Assembly (NCBI GenBank): GCA_040285855.1
Contig: JAUFOQ010000004.1
Coordinates: 930,001-994,000 of the forward strand
Source of the DNA: Eukaryota sp. GEM-RC1
Lineage: Eukaryota
DNA length: 64,000 bases
Direction of reading: 5' to 3'
The notes beneath the pieces were generated by a model, which saw only the letters and a program-made list of their open reading frames with translations, made no database searches and had not been told where the DNA came from. This document shows positions 24,427 through 35,485 of this stretch, in pieces. Each line of letters opens with the position of its first letter. The first letter of the stretch is position 1. The translations under genes and the position numbers were made by a program.

Positions 24427-27400
24427 CTATTTTTTAGTCTTTTTTTGTATAGTTGTAGGTGCAGACATCTTCTTAGGTCTTCTCAGCTTCTCAGGTCGTT
24501 GGTTTCCTTCGATGTGGGATTTGGTAATGTGCCAAATGTTCAACGCACTATTGGTGTCTCTATTCCAAAAGACACCACACTCCTTGTTCTGACAATGAAG
24601 CAATCCATGGCAAGGAACCATTTTTGGAGAAGTTTTAATTCTGGTTTCCTCTTGAATTGTTTGTGACAGCTTTGCTTGAATTTCATCCTTTTCTTCTTCA
24701 CTTAATGCAATGGTATTTTTTGCATTCATACGAATCTTATTTTTGAGCAATTTTTGTTTCCGTTTAAGTCTCTTCAACTCATTCGGGTCTTTGACTTTTA
24801 TGTCACTGACAGTGTCACCATCCCTGTTAGCAAACACACAAGCAGCACATTTTTTTACTGGTACGGAATTCGTCCACCAAGTAAACATAAAATCCAGCTC
24901 TTCTCAAAATACTTCGTAAAAAAGCACCTTGAACTGTAGGTGCTTTTCCTTTCGATGCCTCTTTGCATCCCAATTTCCAAATCCAATGACGATATCACTG
25001 GTATTCTTGTGAGTATCGTCACATAGTTTGGATTTTAGACGATCAATCCAATCAGCCTCAGATTTTTGATTGTTCATGTAGGCCAAAAGTTTGTTTCTTC
25101 GAAACAATTTAGAGTGATATACAGGGAATAGAAGTTCGTCGTGTTCAAGTTTGGCTTTGCAGTAAGATTGAAATTCGTTTAGAGTCAAACACTTAGCTGA
25201 AAATTGTGATAAGTACAAGATTAGATCTTCGACCGAGAAAGAGCTGACATTTCCAATGTCTGGGACAAATTGAAATGTTTTTATCAATATATCCTCTTCA
25301 TCAATTGTTTGCCACAGTGTTGTGGTGTTGGAGTTTCGATCCAAAACGAACGTAAATTGGTTTTTGAACTCTTGTGCAGACTTTTTCAAACTATCAGTCC
25401 TTCTTTCAAATTTTCGGCGCCCAGCAGTGTAAACATCAGTCACCCATTTGTTTTTTTGATTTCTTAAATGATGACTTTTACCAGTTTCATGAACTTCAGA
25501 CTCGTCAAAATTTGTTTCTTCTCTAATTCTGGACCGTTGATCTTCGGCATGCATTTTGGATTTTTCTGTTCTTATATCTTGCAATTTTAAAAGTTCTTTC
25601 TTTTTACTGTACAGAGCTGGCCTTTTAGTTTTTAACTGATCCTTCAAGACATATGGGATCTGAGGTCCCGTACGTTCTGCGATCAAATACGCTAGATCGT
25701 ATTCATTTGGATCTATACCAGCTATTTTTTTGTTTTTCAAATTCTCAAGCTCTAATTTAGACAACTCGTCAATGTATTTTTCTTCGAATTGCCTGGCAAC
25801 GCCATCACAATTTTTCAGGTCGTTTCTCTTGAGTTGGACGGAAACTCCAAAACCATCGGTTAACATACCACAATCGAAGAAATAGTTGTTTGAATTTGAT
25901 TGTATAGCCGTATGATTGTCATTAATAACGCGACTCCATTTTGCCGTTCTAGAATCAACATCATCAGAAACCACTTCATCACCAATCACTTCATCAGAAA
26001 CCACTTCATCACCAATCACTTCATCAGAAACCACTTCATCACCAAAGAGACCACAGTAGTTACCAATGACACCTAGAGTGGATGTATCGATTCGGATGTA
26101 TCCCGGTATTAACTCTGTTCTTTGAGGGAATACGTTGTATATGAACAGCGGCATCGGAACTTCTTCTTTTTCAGTAATAGCTGAAGCAATACATGCATTT
26201 GAAATTTTTGAAATATCACTCATCAGTATGTATGATCTTGAAATGTATTTTTGCCATTTTGACTTCAGTTCAGCAAGAGCATGTTGTTTTGGAAAGTCTA
26301 ACATACTGAGCATGGAATTAATAGTATCAAATTCAAAGGGATAGATGGTCTCATCCAACAGTTCATTTTCAAAAGCCAAACACTTGATTGACTTAAATCT
26401 TGTCATCAATTCATGTTTGATGAAGTGTTTTGCTTCATCAGTGACAAATTTGCAAAAACGAGTCCACAGTTCAGCAGTTACTTCTTCTCCATTTAGAACA
26501 AATTCAACCAGTTGTTGAATGTATTTAGGGAAGCTTAATTCTTTCCATAAATCAATTCTTTCTTCTTGTGACATACTAAGCAAACTAATTAAACAGCTCC
26601 ATTTTGTTGCAGATTTAGATCTCAGTAACTCATCGTCTTGAATTTCAGTGACGGTATCAGTATCCTTTAAGTGTTGGATAGCAAGAGGTTGAGAAACAAA
26701 AGAGTGGATTAAACGAAAGACATCAATTAAAGCATCATACGAAAGTAAGTCTATGGAGATTTGTTTAATTGATTCTTCAAATATTGTAAACTCCATTTTT
26801 TTGGCTGGATGAGTTTCAGGAGCATCAATGAATTCCTTGGTTCTAAGTGCAATATTTAGCCAGCGATTAAAGTGATCAGGAAAATGTGTTTGAATATTAT
26901 TCATAAACGATGTAAAAATTTCTGTGATCGAGTACTCGAGGATTCTAGAGCTTCTTTCGTATTTAGGACGAGTACTCGCATTTGGAAGGTTTGGAAAAAT
27001 ATTCAAGTGAAAGACATTGGCCATTTCAGAACGAAGACTTAATGTTTCCGCTCTTCTAATATTAAATGATACAAATTTTTGAATGTCAGGGACTCCGTCT
27101 TCTGAAGAAAATCTCTCAAATTGTTTCTCAAACATAGCTGTGACCCAGATTGCCGCACGCACAACTTCCTCTGTGAACTTGACTTCAATCGCCTTTCCAC
27201 AATTTTCAAATTTTGTAACAAAAAGAATTTCAGCAAGAGATATGTTCTTCGAACAATTAAATCAACATCGAACACAATAGTCTCGATTTCCATTTTCAGC
27301 TTGATGGGGTTTACAAAATTTTCCAAGCCGCATTTGATAATCTTGTAGTGACTGAGTTCTAAAAGGTGTTGAATTTTGGGATCCAAGAAATATCGGAAAA

Positions 27401-28316
27401 GTTCAGAGGTCATACTGTTTTCATGGCAACACTGAAGAATCAGTTGCTGGTCGTGGTAAGATTCAATTATTACATGATTGTAGTTTAGCCTGAGAAGCTG
27501 GGTGACCAAGATTTCTAAGCTATTCCTACCACCACAATTGTAAAATTTGGAAGCAACGCTGTGTGTATCAAATATGTTAAAAACTTTTTCACATTTTGAT
27601 AGTTGTTGAAAAATAAAGAACGGGATATCAGCAAACCTTTGGTTGATATAAGCAGAGAAATTGAAATTTGGTTGATAATGGAGAAACCGCTTCATCAAAG
27701 AAGGCATGTCAAAAGTCAAAGCATTGTGCCCAACAAAAAAGATAGGCAGATCCTCTCCTAAATAAGACCAAAATGCATTTAGCATATCAAACTCACCTTC
27801 AAATTGAATAGGAGTAATGTTGTCAAGTCTATTAACAGAATAAGTAGTGAGAAGGCAAGAATCAGAAGGTTCAAATGTATTTTGGTTTAAGCAAAATGTA
27901 TGAATGGCAATAATGGTTATTTCATCTTTTTCAAAAACTGGTTCAGGAGAACGCTCGAAATGTTTCTTCTTCAATTCTGCAACTTCAGAAGCATCCAGAA
28001 ATTGCTCGGCTTCAGAGATGAGTTGTTGCAACGAAGGAGCTTCGGAAATTTGAAGGTCAATCGAAGATTTTTCTTTGGAATTAAGTCGTTTTTTGCCTAA
28101 GTTTTTCTTCATTGCTTTGCTTAAGATATCAGCAGCCCAAGATAGATTCTGATTCAATTCAACATTTGGATTGGTCTTTATGGAAATGAACCAGATTTTG
28201 TGTGATTGATCATGCAATATGTAAGGGAGTTCTAAGGACTTTGAAAGTTTGAAAGGTGGAGTCAGACATGAAGACTGTTTGCTCTCACGTTGAATTGCTT
28301 CTTCCAGTGACATCAT
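24427..28316 (-). CDS. Fanzor1-like RNA-guided RuvC nuclease (~1,296 aa after 3 homopolymer corrections) with an N-terminal PolB-type exonuclease-like domain
   Basis: RuvC-I IAGIDPN (D at 25711-25713). IVIGFGNW, then the restored VYLVDEFRTSKKCAAC (E at 24869-24871). Zn finger/RuvC-III HGLLHCQNKEC..WNRDTNSALNI (D at 24556-24558). Terminal RPEKLRR. Fanzor-type FPQRT..IPGYIRIDT and LTDGFGVSV. Confidence 0.9.
25961..26045. repeat. 30-bp in-frame tandem repeat (~2.8 copies) inside Fanzor
   Basis: TCATCAGAAACCACTTCATCACCAATCACT repeated; encodes GDEVVSDEVI units on the - strand. Confidence 0.95.
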
Positions 28317-28375
28317 ACAATGAACAAAATGATATTTATTTACAGAAATTCTAAAGATAGACCAATACTGTAGAT

Positions 28376-29576
28376 CAATGTTCGAAGACATGCATGGACA
28401 CCTTTGAACACGCAGACATGTTTGGACACGGACACTGTGTCTTTTCAAAAACACGCAAACACGTCTTGGACGTGTTTTTCTGTAAAAAACCTAGAAAACT
28501 TCGAAAGTACCCTTCTATTTCCCTCGATATTGTTTAACTTGAATGTTTTTCTACATGTGATACCAAAATAGACTACAATGCGAGCAAAAAGTGGAAAAAA
28601 TACTGAACCTATTGCGCTCTCAATCACCAATTCAACTCAACAGAACCACTTGATCCAAGATTCAGTGATGACATGTCAGGAAAAGGCAAGAATTGGGCCA
28701 AAACGACGTTTTAATAATCAAACTGTGTACCATGGATCAGAAACCGTTTTTGGGGCTTTTATAAAATCGACCTCATTGACATCTTCTGTTTACAAAATCG
28801 GGTCACTATTTACAAAACAGGGTCATCAAACCTCTTCCAACTTTTCTGTATCTACTGGACATCACTGTTCTCAAACTTCATTCACTCTTCTCTTCAACTA
28901 CATGCTTTATTGACATAAAAATATAAAACTAATATACTCTACATGAGAATCCGGTCAAGTGGTGATGGTTCTCCAACATAGTTGGGGAAATCCCATTCCT
29001 CCATCAGTTTTTCATCACATTTGGACGGTTTGTTATCATCATCTTCAACAACATCCTCGTTTTCATGCGCTTCTGATTTACATCCTCCATCTATCTCACA
29101 CAAAGAAATCATCAACTTGTCGAGCTCATCATCATCTTCATATTCTTTACGTGCCTTTTTTCTTCCATGAAGGTTAGATCTATAGTGTTTCTTCTTTCTC
29201 CTACCAGTTTTCTTTGAATATAAAAGTGGTAATGTTCTCTTCAAGTGTTCCATGTCCTCACTTAATTGTATGGGATAGAAAACTCCATAGTGATAGGCTT
29301 CTCGATAGTCGTTAATGGTGAAAAACTCAGAAACATAGGACTTTTGGTACACAGCAAAGTCAGGACAGGAAAATCCCAAGCGTTTTCTACATGCAAACAT
29401 AACAATTTGGCACGATAAGCCTCCATATAAAAGTCATAGTCATATAGGAATGATACTAATAACAGGGATTTGGGGACTTCGAAGAGAACTTGAATTGATT
29501 TCAAACAAACATACAAAAACACCCCAAAAAACACATCAAAGACACCGTGTGGACACGAGTGTTAACACCGACAATG
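28376..29576. mobile_element. ~1.2-kb insertion with 8-bp TSD carrying a MULE-transposase-like C-terminal fragment
   Basis: Perfect TSD CTGTAGAT (28368-28375, 29577-29584). Weak TIRs (CAATGTTCG / CGACAATG). GGACAC/ACACG subterminal clusters at both ends. Confidence 0.7.
28939..29430 (-). pseudogene. MULE/MuDR transposase C-terminal remnant (SWIM tail region)
   Basis: GLSCQIVMFAC resembles the SWIM GIPCxHxxAxC end. It is followed by YVSEFFTINDYREAY..YPI and a basic GRRKKK segment, the usual MULE C-terminal order. Confidence 0.6.
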
Positions 29577-30678
29577 CTGTAGATATCTACAGGCTAACAT
29601 TAAGAAGATGTCAACGAAGAATTCATTGCTTTTTTCCTTTGCATAAGGAATGACGCGTCAAGATTGGTTGCTGATGGGGTGGGTGGGTGGGTGGCTAGTT
29701 GTTTCAAGCTATCAATGTATGATATCAATTGTACTAACTGTAGGCAAGCAGAGGCTGATACGGGAACCTCACGCTGAAAAAGGGAAACCCCCAAGTGAGA
29801 TCTTGCCGAATCACCCATTATGTTTATGTTGTATGCGAGGAGTTGTATGCGAGGAGTAGAAGGAAGTAGCTTTATATAGCTGTTTAGGATGGATAGAAAC
29901 ATCCACTTTTTGAGTTATCATGGTTGATTTGATGGGAAACTAAATCACACTCTACTGCCCAGGCTGTGGTCATCCTCTGCTCTTAATGTCTTATCCGGGA
30001 TCAGTTATCCCTAACATTTCTTTCCCCTTTATCTTTCACAGTTTTTCCTCCTCTCGTGTGGGTTTGTTGTTATATCTGTCTGATGCACGGAACATTCTTC
30101 TAGAACGAGACGATCTCAATCCTTTTCGTAGAACCAATGGCGCTGTTCGTCTCAACGAAGGCGTATCTGAAGTTCTAATCTTACTTTCATGTCTGTCACT
30201 TCTTAACTTTTCGTGAATCTCTTATTCTTGTTTTAATCGCTTTGCAAAAGCAATCAGCTTAGAAACTAGACTTAACAGATTGACAAGTGTTACCATGACC
30301 ACGTACACTTTACTACTGGTATTACACATCCGAAATTCCATTCCGTCTTCTTGTCCTTGCTCTGATCCATCAACCGTTTCTTCTCTTCCTAACTGTTCCT
30401 TCAAGTTTATCATCTTTCAACAATATCCGTTTCCATTAATCAACCATCACTTGGGTACATCTATATAGGTCGATGTAGAACACTATATATTCTCCTTGTT
30501 TCCTCCCACATTTTAAACGAATTTATGCGTTTGTTGAACCTTCAGTGTTGATTTCGTTTTTGATTTTTTGACAGCGAATTCTTAAATTCTTAAATAGTCT
30601 ATAATTGTAATCAAATACGATTTTTTATTGAGAAAATAAATCTGATGAGCCAACTAGAATCGTTCTACTGCTAAAAAT

Positions 30679-31004
30679 TAAAGTTGTTAAAAGGTCAGGT
30701 AAACACGGTCAAACAATCGACAGTTTATGTGTGAGTTTCTTGTTTTAAATGATTAAAATTAAATTATCATACACAATGTACTAATAATATAGACAAACAT
30801 TCAAACAAGTATTAGATCTGACTGAGTTTATACGGTTTTTCGTTATTTGATGAATTGATGAAATTGTAGAATTCAGGTCCCAGGCCAAGTCAATGTCCAT
30901 AGTATCAGGTCACGCGTCAGGTAGGGTCGTCAAACAGGGTTGGTCAAGGGAATTGATTGTCAGGATCAACCTGACCTTTGACCCGTGACCCTTTAGCAAC
31001 CCTA
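30679..31004. mobile_element. hAT-like MITE C (326 bp)
   Basis: Imperfect TIRs TAAAGTTGTTAAAAGGTCA / TGACCCTTTAGCAACCCTA, perfect TSD CTAAAAAT (30671-30678, 31005-31012), and GGTCA/TGACC subterminal repeats. Confidence 0.85.
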
Positions 31005-31471
31005 CTAAAAATACTGTTAAGAGTAATCCGCAGTAAAATCGTTGATGCAAGCAATAAAAAGAGTGAACCAAATCATATCTAAGATGAATACGTCATTACT
31101 CTCAATCTAGTTTCTGTGGAAACTTCGACAATTGTCTATGACAGCCAACCCAATGAATTTTTAGTTTTTGGAACCAGTTTTTCACAAATTTGAATTAAAT
31201 GAACATCTTTAGAATTAAAGATGTAAAGTGTCTGACTTGCTACAATGCTGGCTAGAGCGTTATGAGAGATACAGACCGTGCTGTGACTACCAAAATTCGA
31301 AATTCCCCTGTGCAATACGACTGTTCTGACGAAATTCTGTTTACAAGATACACATCGACTGGCTCTCATACATTCGGGCAGTGGCACAATTCTAGGAAGC
31401 CAAAATTGTTGCAATTACTTCGGTGTGTACTTTCATTGTGTATTAGTACCTCACTTGTTTGTATTTTTATA

Positions 31472-31570
31472 ACTTTATTTTATTATAAATGTGATGGACT
31501 AAACAAAAAATTGACATCATAAAAGCCATACTAGTCGTTATCAAATCTTCCAACAGCTCTGTCCTCAAAA
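31472..31570 (-). repeat. Short 3'-end fragment of the CRE-like retroelement family
   Basis: Aligns by eye to 33970-34075 (ACTTTATTTTATTATAAATGT...ACAGCT.TGTCCTCA). Confidence 0.6.
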
Positions 31571-31909
31571 GGGACAATCTATACCTGACTGCAAAATCCT
31601 CTGACCACATTGATTGTTTTTGCCTGCTTTGATCCATCAAACTCGACTTACAGTGTCAGAAGACACCTTCCCACAGTGAATAATAGAGTTCGACAAGAAA
31701 TGTTAATGAGACAAATATGTAGCGAGTAACAAAAAATGTATAATATAGAATGAACCAAAATCCGCAAATTTCTGTTTAATATGAGTTTTATGAATACATA
31801 TTTGCAGCAAAAGGAACTCCTGGACTTCTCCAACCAAAAAAATTTGAGGACATAATTAGTCTCACTAACAAATTAGTCTCACTGAGACCAATTACTGCTC
31901 TCTCATTTA

Positions 31910-33289
31910 ATGTCACTCACATCCACTTCACCCAACACTCTCTCTACACTCCAGTCCAACACTGATCTCCATGATCAAACCATTATCTTTAATGGTGAGT
32001 CCTTCTCTGTCATTAAGTCAGTCATTGCTTCCAACTCTCAATACTTCTTCTCTCTTTGGTTTATGGAGTTTGGAGATCGCTATGAGAATCCTCTGGACTT
32101 CTCTCATTTGCCCATATCATCTGACTCTTTCTCTGCTTTCATCTCTTCCTTCTTTGGTAACTCCATCAACCTCACTTCTTCCAACGTCTATGATATTTTC
32201 TATTTCGCTACTTACTTCCAATGCCCTCATCTTGAGACTACTCTTATGGAGATTCTTCCTTCAAAAATGACCAATTGGGACTGGTGCAGCAAGTTCTTGA
32301 AAAAGTGCGTTGAACAGGAAGACTTGAGAGGATTAAAATTTGTTGGAGAATTTCTTAACGAAATTGAAAATATTTGTCAAGAATCTGAATTTGTCTTCCC
32401 ATTTGTCTTTCTCCAAAGTTTACTTGAATTTTGCACTTCTTCAAGTTCTTTCAAATGGTTTTTAAAGTCACTTGTGGCTTCAGTTAAATCAGAAACTATA
32501 AATTCTGAAGAATTATCTGAAATTCTGACTCTTGTTGACGTTAACCTGTTGACTTTTAAAGACTGGGATGAGCTGTTTTTAAATCCGCTTGAGAATATTT
32601 CAAATATGGAAGAACTATTGATGAAATTTGAACTTAATCAATTACGTCCGATATGTTTTGAGTCATTAATTTCTGAAAATTTGACTTTAAAAGAACAATT
32701 GGTTGAAGCAACTGAATTAATTAAGAAAAAAGATGAAGAAATATTTAAATTGAAGGAAATTGTTGAAAAACAAGTTGAGTGTGCAAAACCTATTGAATCT
32801 TCAGTTTTGCCTTTTTCCTCTAGCCTTAAACATGAAAATTTAAATATTTCAAATGGAGGAAAAACTGTTACTCAGAGTGGTCCAAATGGAACTTGGAAAA
32901 ATGTTCTTTCAAAAACTCCTCTTCTTTCAGGAAATGTTTATAAAGTTAGGGCTAGGAATGGCACTCCTTCGTCGGTTCATAATAGTCTAATGTTTGGAAT
33001 TATTCCTAGAAAAGAGTTTGATTGTAGTGGTGGTATTTTTCAAAATCCAAATGCGCATTGTTTTAGGAGTCGTACAAATAACTTCTTTCCTACAGGATTC
33101 TCTAATGGAATATGGCTCCCAAATGAAATCATTGAAATCACAATTAATCTTGTGAATAATTCAATAACTGTTGCAAAAGAGTCCGACCCTGGATTTAATT
33201 GTACAAGAGAAATTAGTTCTTTAGATAATGATAACTACCACCTTGTTGGATGTTTGCGTGATGAAAATTCTGTTCTTGAATTGTTGTAG
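31910..33289 (+). CDS. BTB/POZ - coiled coil - SPRY/B30.2-like protein
   Basis: N-terminal BTB (DQTIIFNGESF..KSVIASNSQYF..F), a coiled coil, and a C-terminal SPRY-like beta domain (LNISNGGKTV, LMFGI, IEITINL). Intact 459-aa ORF. Confidence 0.85.
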   Translation: MSLTSTSPNTLSTLQSNTDLHDQTIIFNGESFSVIKSVIASNSQYFFSLWFMEFGDRYENPLDFSHLPISSDSFSAFISSFFGNSINLTSSNVYDIFYFATYFQCPHLETTLMEILPSKMTNWDWCSKFLKKCVEQEDLRGLKFVGEFLNEIENICQESEFVFPFVFLQSLLEFCTSSSSFKWFLKSLVASVKSETINSEELSEILTLVDVNLLTFKDWDELFLNPLENISNMEELLMKFELNQLRPICFESLISENLTLKEQLVEATELIKKKDEEIFKLKEIVEKQVECAKPIESSVLPFSSSLKHENLNISNGGKTVTQSGPNGTWKNVLSKTPLLSGNVYKVRARNGTPSSVHNSLMFGIIPRKEFDCSGGIFQNPNAHCFRSRTNNFFPTGFSNGIWLPNEIIEITINLVNNSITVAKESDPGFNCTREISSLDNDNYHLVGCLRDENSVLELL

Positions 33290-33969
33290 CTTCATTTTCT
33301 AATAAACTTAGTACAAATAGATAGTGTGTTGATTCTCATTCCATGTTCCTTGGTGTTCTATGTTAGTGGTTATTTAGAACTGCTATCTACCATTAGTGCA
33401 AGCCTGTGTGCACACATAAGTGGGAGATATTTGTTTGATTAGACATTAACAACATATGACAGGCTTTTATGGTAATAACAAAACAACCTGGAACAAATGT
33501 GCTCCATTTGGTGATGAAATGAAGACTCGGATGTACCGTGTATTAGAAATAGACACTTACTCAATATTGGGTTACGCAACACACGGCCACACGTGCGTCA
33601 TACGAATTACAATTTTTTTTACACATAGTGTGTATGATATTGTTGGACTTGTTATTATTTATGTTCTGTAACTTAAAACGACAATACTATATTTACTTTT
33701 CAATCAAATGGTGTATTTACCCAGCCCCATTGCAAATTACTTTGTACATTCTTTTAAAGTATGTTCAGAATACACACTGGGACTATTGATGCCTCTGTTA
33801 TCTTCATTTTTATGAATTTTATTACTATACTTTTTTCCCCATAAAGTTGCATTGTCCAAAAAATATATTAAGGAAATATATTCTATTAGAAAAACTATGT
33901 TCGATCAGTGACATGGGTGGTCAATTTGCCACACCCTACTCAATACAGAGCTACAGTACTTTTTTTTGA

Positions 33970-34395
33970 GACTTTTATTTTATTATAAATGTAATAGATC
34001 AAACAACTAAAATTTGATATCATTAAAACAACACCCGTCGCTATCCAACCTTACAACAGCTTTGTCCTCATAAAAGGAACTCACTGCTACTAAAGCTTTG
34101 GAGATGATTAGGGGATCTGTTTTAAAAACAGTGAAAACGATCCGATTCAACCATAACATAACATCAACAACAAACAATTTGTCTGAAAAGAAGGGACAAC
34201 AACATCTGCTCTTCGTTTTACCAATAAAATGGTTCTGTTTTTGACATTACAATTATCACTTCCTTTTACAGATCTTAGAAGTGGTTCAACAAATGACTCA
34301 ATTTTGCAAGACTTACACATAGCATGTATTTGATCTTTTACAGCATCATGCATACACGTTCGATAAGTTATGTAGGGATTACAACTTAACAGATG
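33970..34395 (-). mobile_element. Degenerate, internally deleted 3' fragment of the CRE-like non-LTR element
   Basis: MHDAVKDQIHAMCKSCKIESFVEPLL..RRADVVVP; clear nucleotide similarity to 7240-7900. Confidence 0.7.
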
Positions 34396-34502
34396 AGAAA
34401 ACGTTAATTGTTTTCCACAGCTACATTGAAGATTGAAGTTACAGTACTAGTATTCAAGAATATTTGTTTATAGAAACGACCACATTGATTTCGAACAGTA
34501 GA

Positions 34503-35485
34503 TCATCTAGAAATTCCAGTAGCTCTCTGTTCCTGTTGCAGAGCTTCAACGCCCTTCTCAATGAAGTTGTTCCACCCAGTAGAGTTGATAAAGCGATCAA
34601 AATCAACCAAATTTGGGAAACACTTTGAGCAATAATCTATATCTGGATGTACTGGCTGACTTTGCAAGTATTCGTATTGTTGCTGATACGCGGAATCTGA
34701 TAGTTCACTCATTGGTCTTTGTTCAAACGTACATCCTAAACGTTGAGCCATTTCATTAGGAGTTTTCCTATCACTAACTACTTCAATAATGCCATTGTGA
34801 TGTTCTAATTCTCCTGGAATAAGACAGCAAGAAGCTTGAACTCGAGCGACATCTCTGATGCTACACATAAAGAGAGGGCAATCACCAGTTAGTGGTAACC
34901 GTAACTTCTTCTCCTGTCTGATGGAATTGGCGACAGATTCATCATAAATCAAGTTCTCCATCAACCACGACGCTCCTACGGTGAACTCAAGCATAATCAC
35001 ATACGAACAATGTTCTTCCTTGAGAACGTTCCATGATCTCTCAGATATGATTCAATTTTACACTTCGAATGATAATGCGGAACAGTCACAGCAGAACAAC
35101 AAGCGGCCTGACTGCCACCATACACAAAGTTGAAGACACCAGCTTGGTTTGCCATGTCAATAATCTTCATACCCAACTGTAACTCAGCAGAGGAACCTTC
35201 ATTAAGATTCTTTCCGTATTCTTTTGGATTCAAGAGCAAGCAAACAGTGTCCATACCATTCATTGATTGTTGTATGTTTTCTTCATTTCTTAAGTCCCCT
35301 AGAAAGAGCTCGTACTTACCATTGGACTGGGAGATCAAGGAGCGGAGATGAGGAGTTTCGTGACTGCAGAAACATCGTACTTTAGCTACTTTGTTGAACT
35401 TGGCGTGGTGGCGCAGTCCTTCAAGGAAGTTGGTTCCTTGACGACCACTGGCATCAAACAGAAGAATATTGAATGATGAAGACAT
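34503..35485 (-). CDS. NmrA-like protein, paralog of 3882-4845 (exons 35485-35005 and 34975-34503)
   Basis: MSSSFNILLFDASGRQG start. Splicing gives NIVR|ASWLMEN, matching SIVRPTWFMEN. Colinear similarity over the full length. Confidence 0.9.
34976..35004 (-). other. 29-nt spliceosomal intron
   Basis: GTATGTGATTATGCTTGAGTTCACCGTAG. Its removal joins the two ORFs in frame and matches the paralog with no gap. Confidence 0.92.

Noticed and set aside
25961..26045. CRISPR-like array near the RuvC nuclease
   Set aside because: The units are contiguous with no spacers and lie in frame in the coding sequence.
28317..28454. ORF-track N-terminal extension of the Fanzor ORF
   Set aside because: It starts at TTG inside the inserted element's terminal repeats. 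ATG at 28316 is the more plausible start.
29600..30413. Upstream - strand ORF fragments as a transposase partner of Fanzor
   Set aside because: No DDE, HUH, Y1, serine or tyrosine recombinase motif was recognisable, and the fragments are short and broken.
31853..31892. AATTAGTCTCACT direct and inverted mini-repeat before the BTB gene
   Set aside because: Too short and single-locus; it cannot be distinguished from a local slippage duplication.
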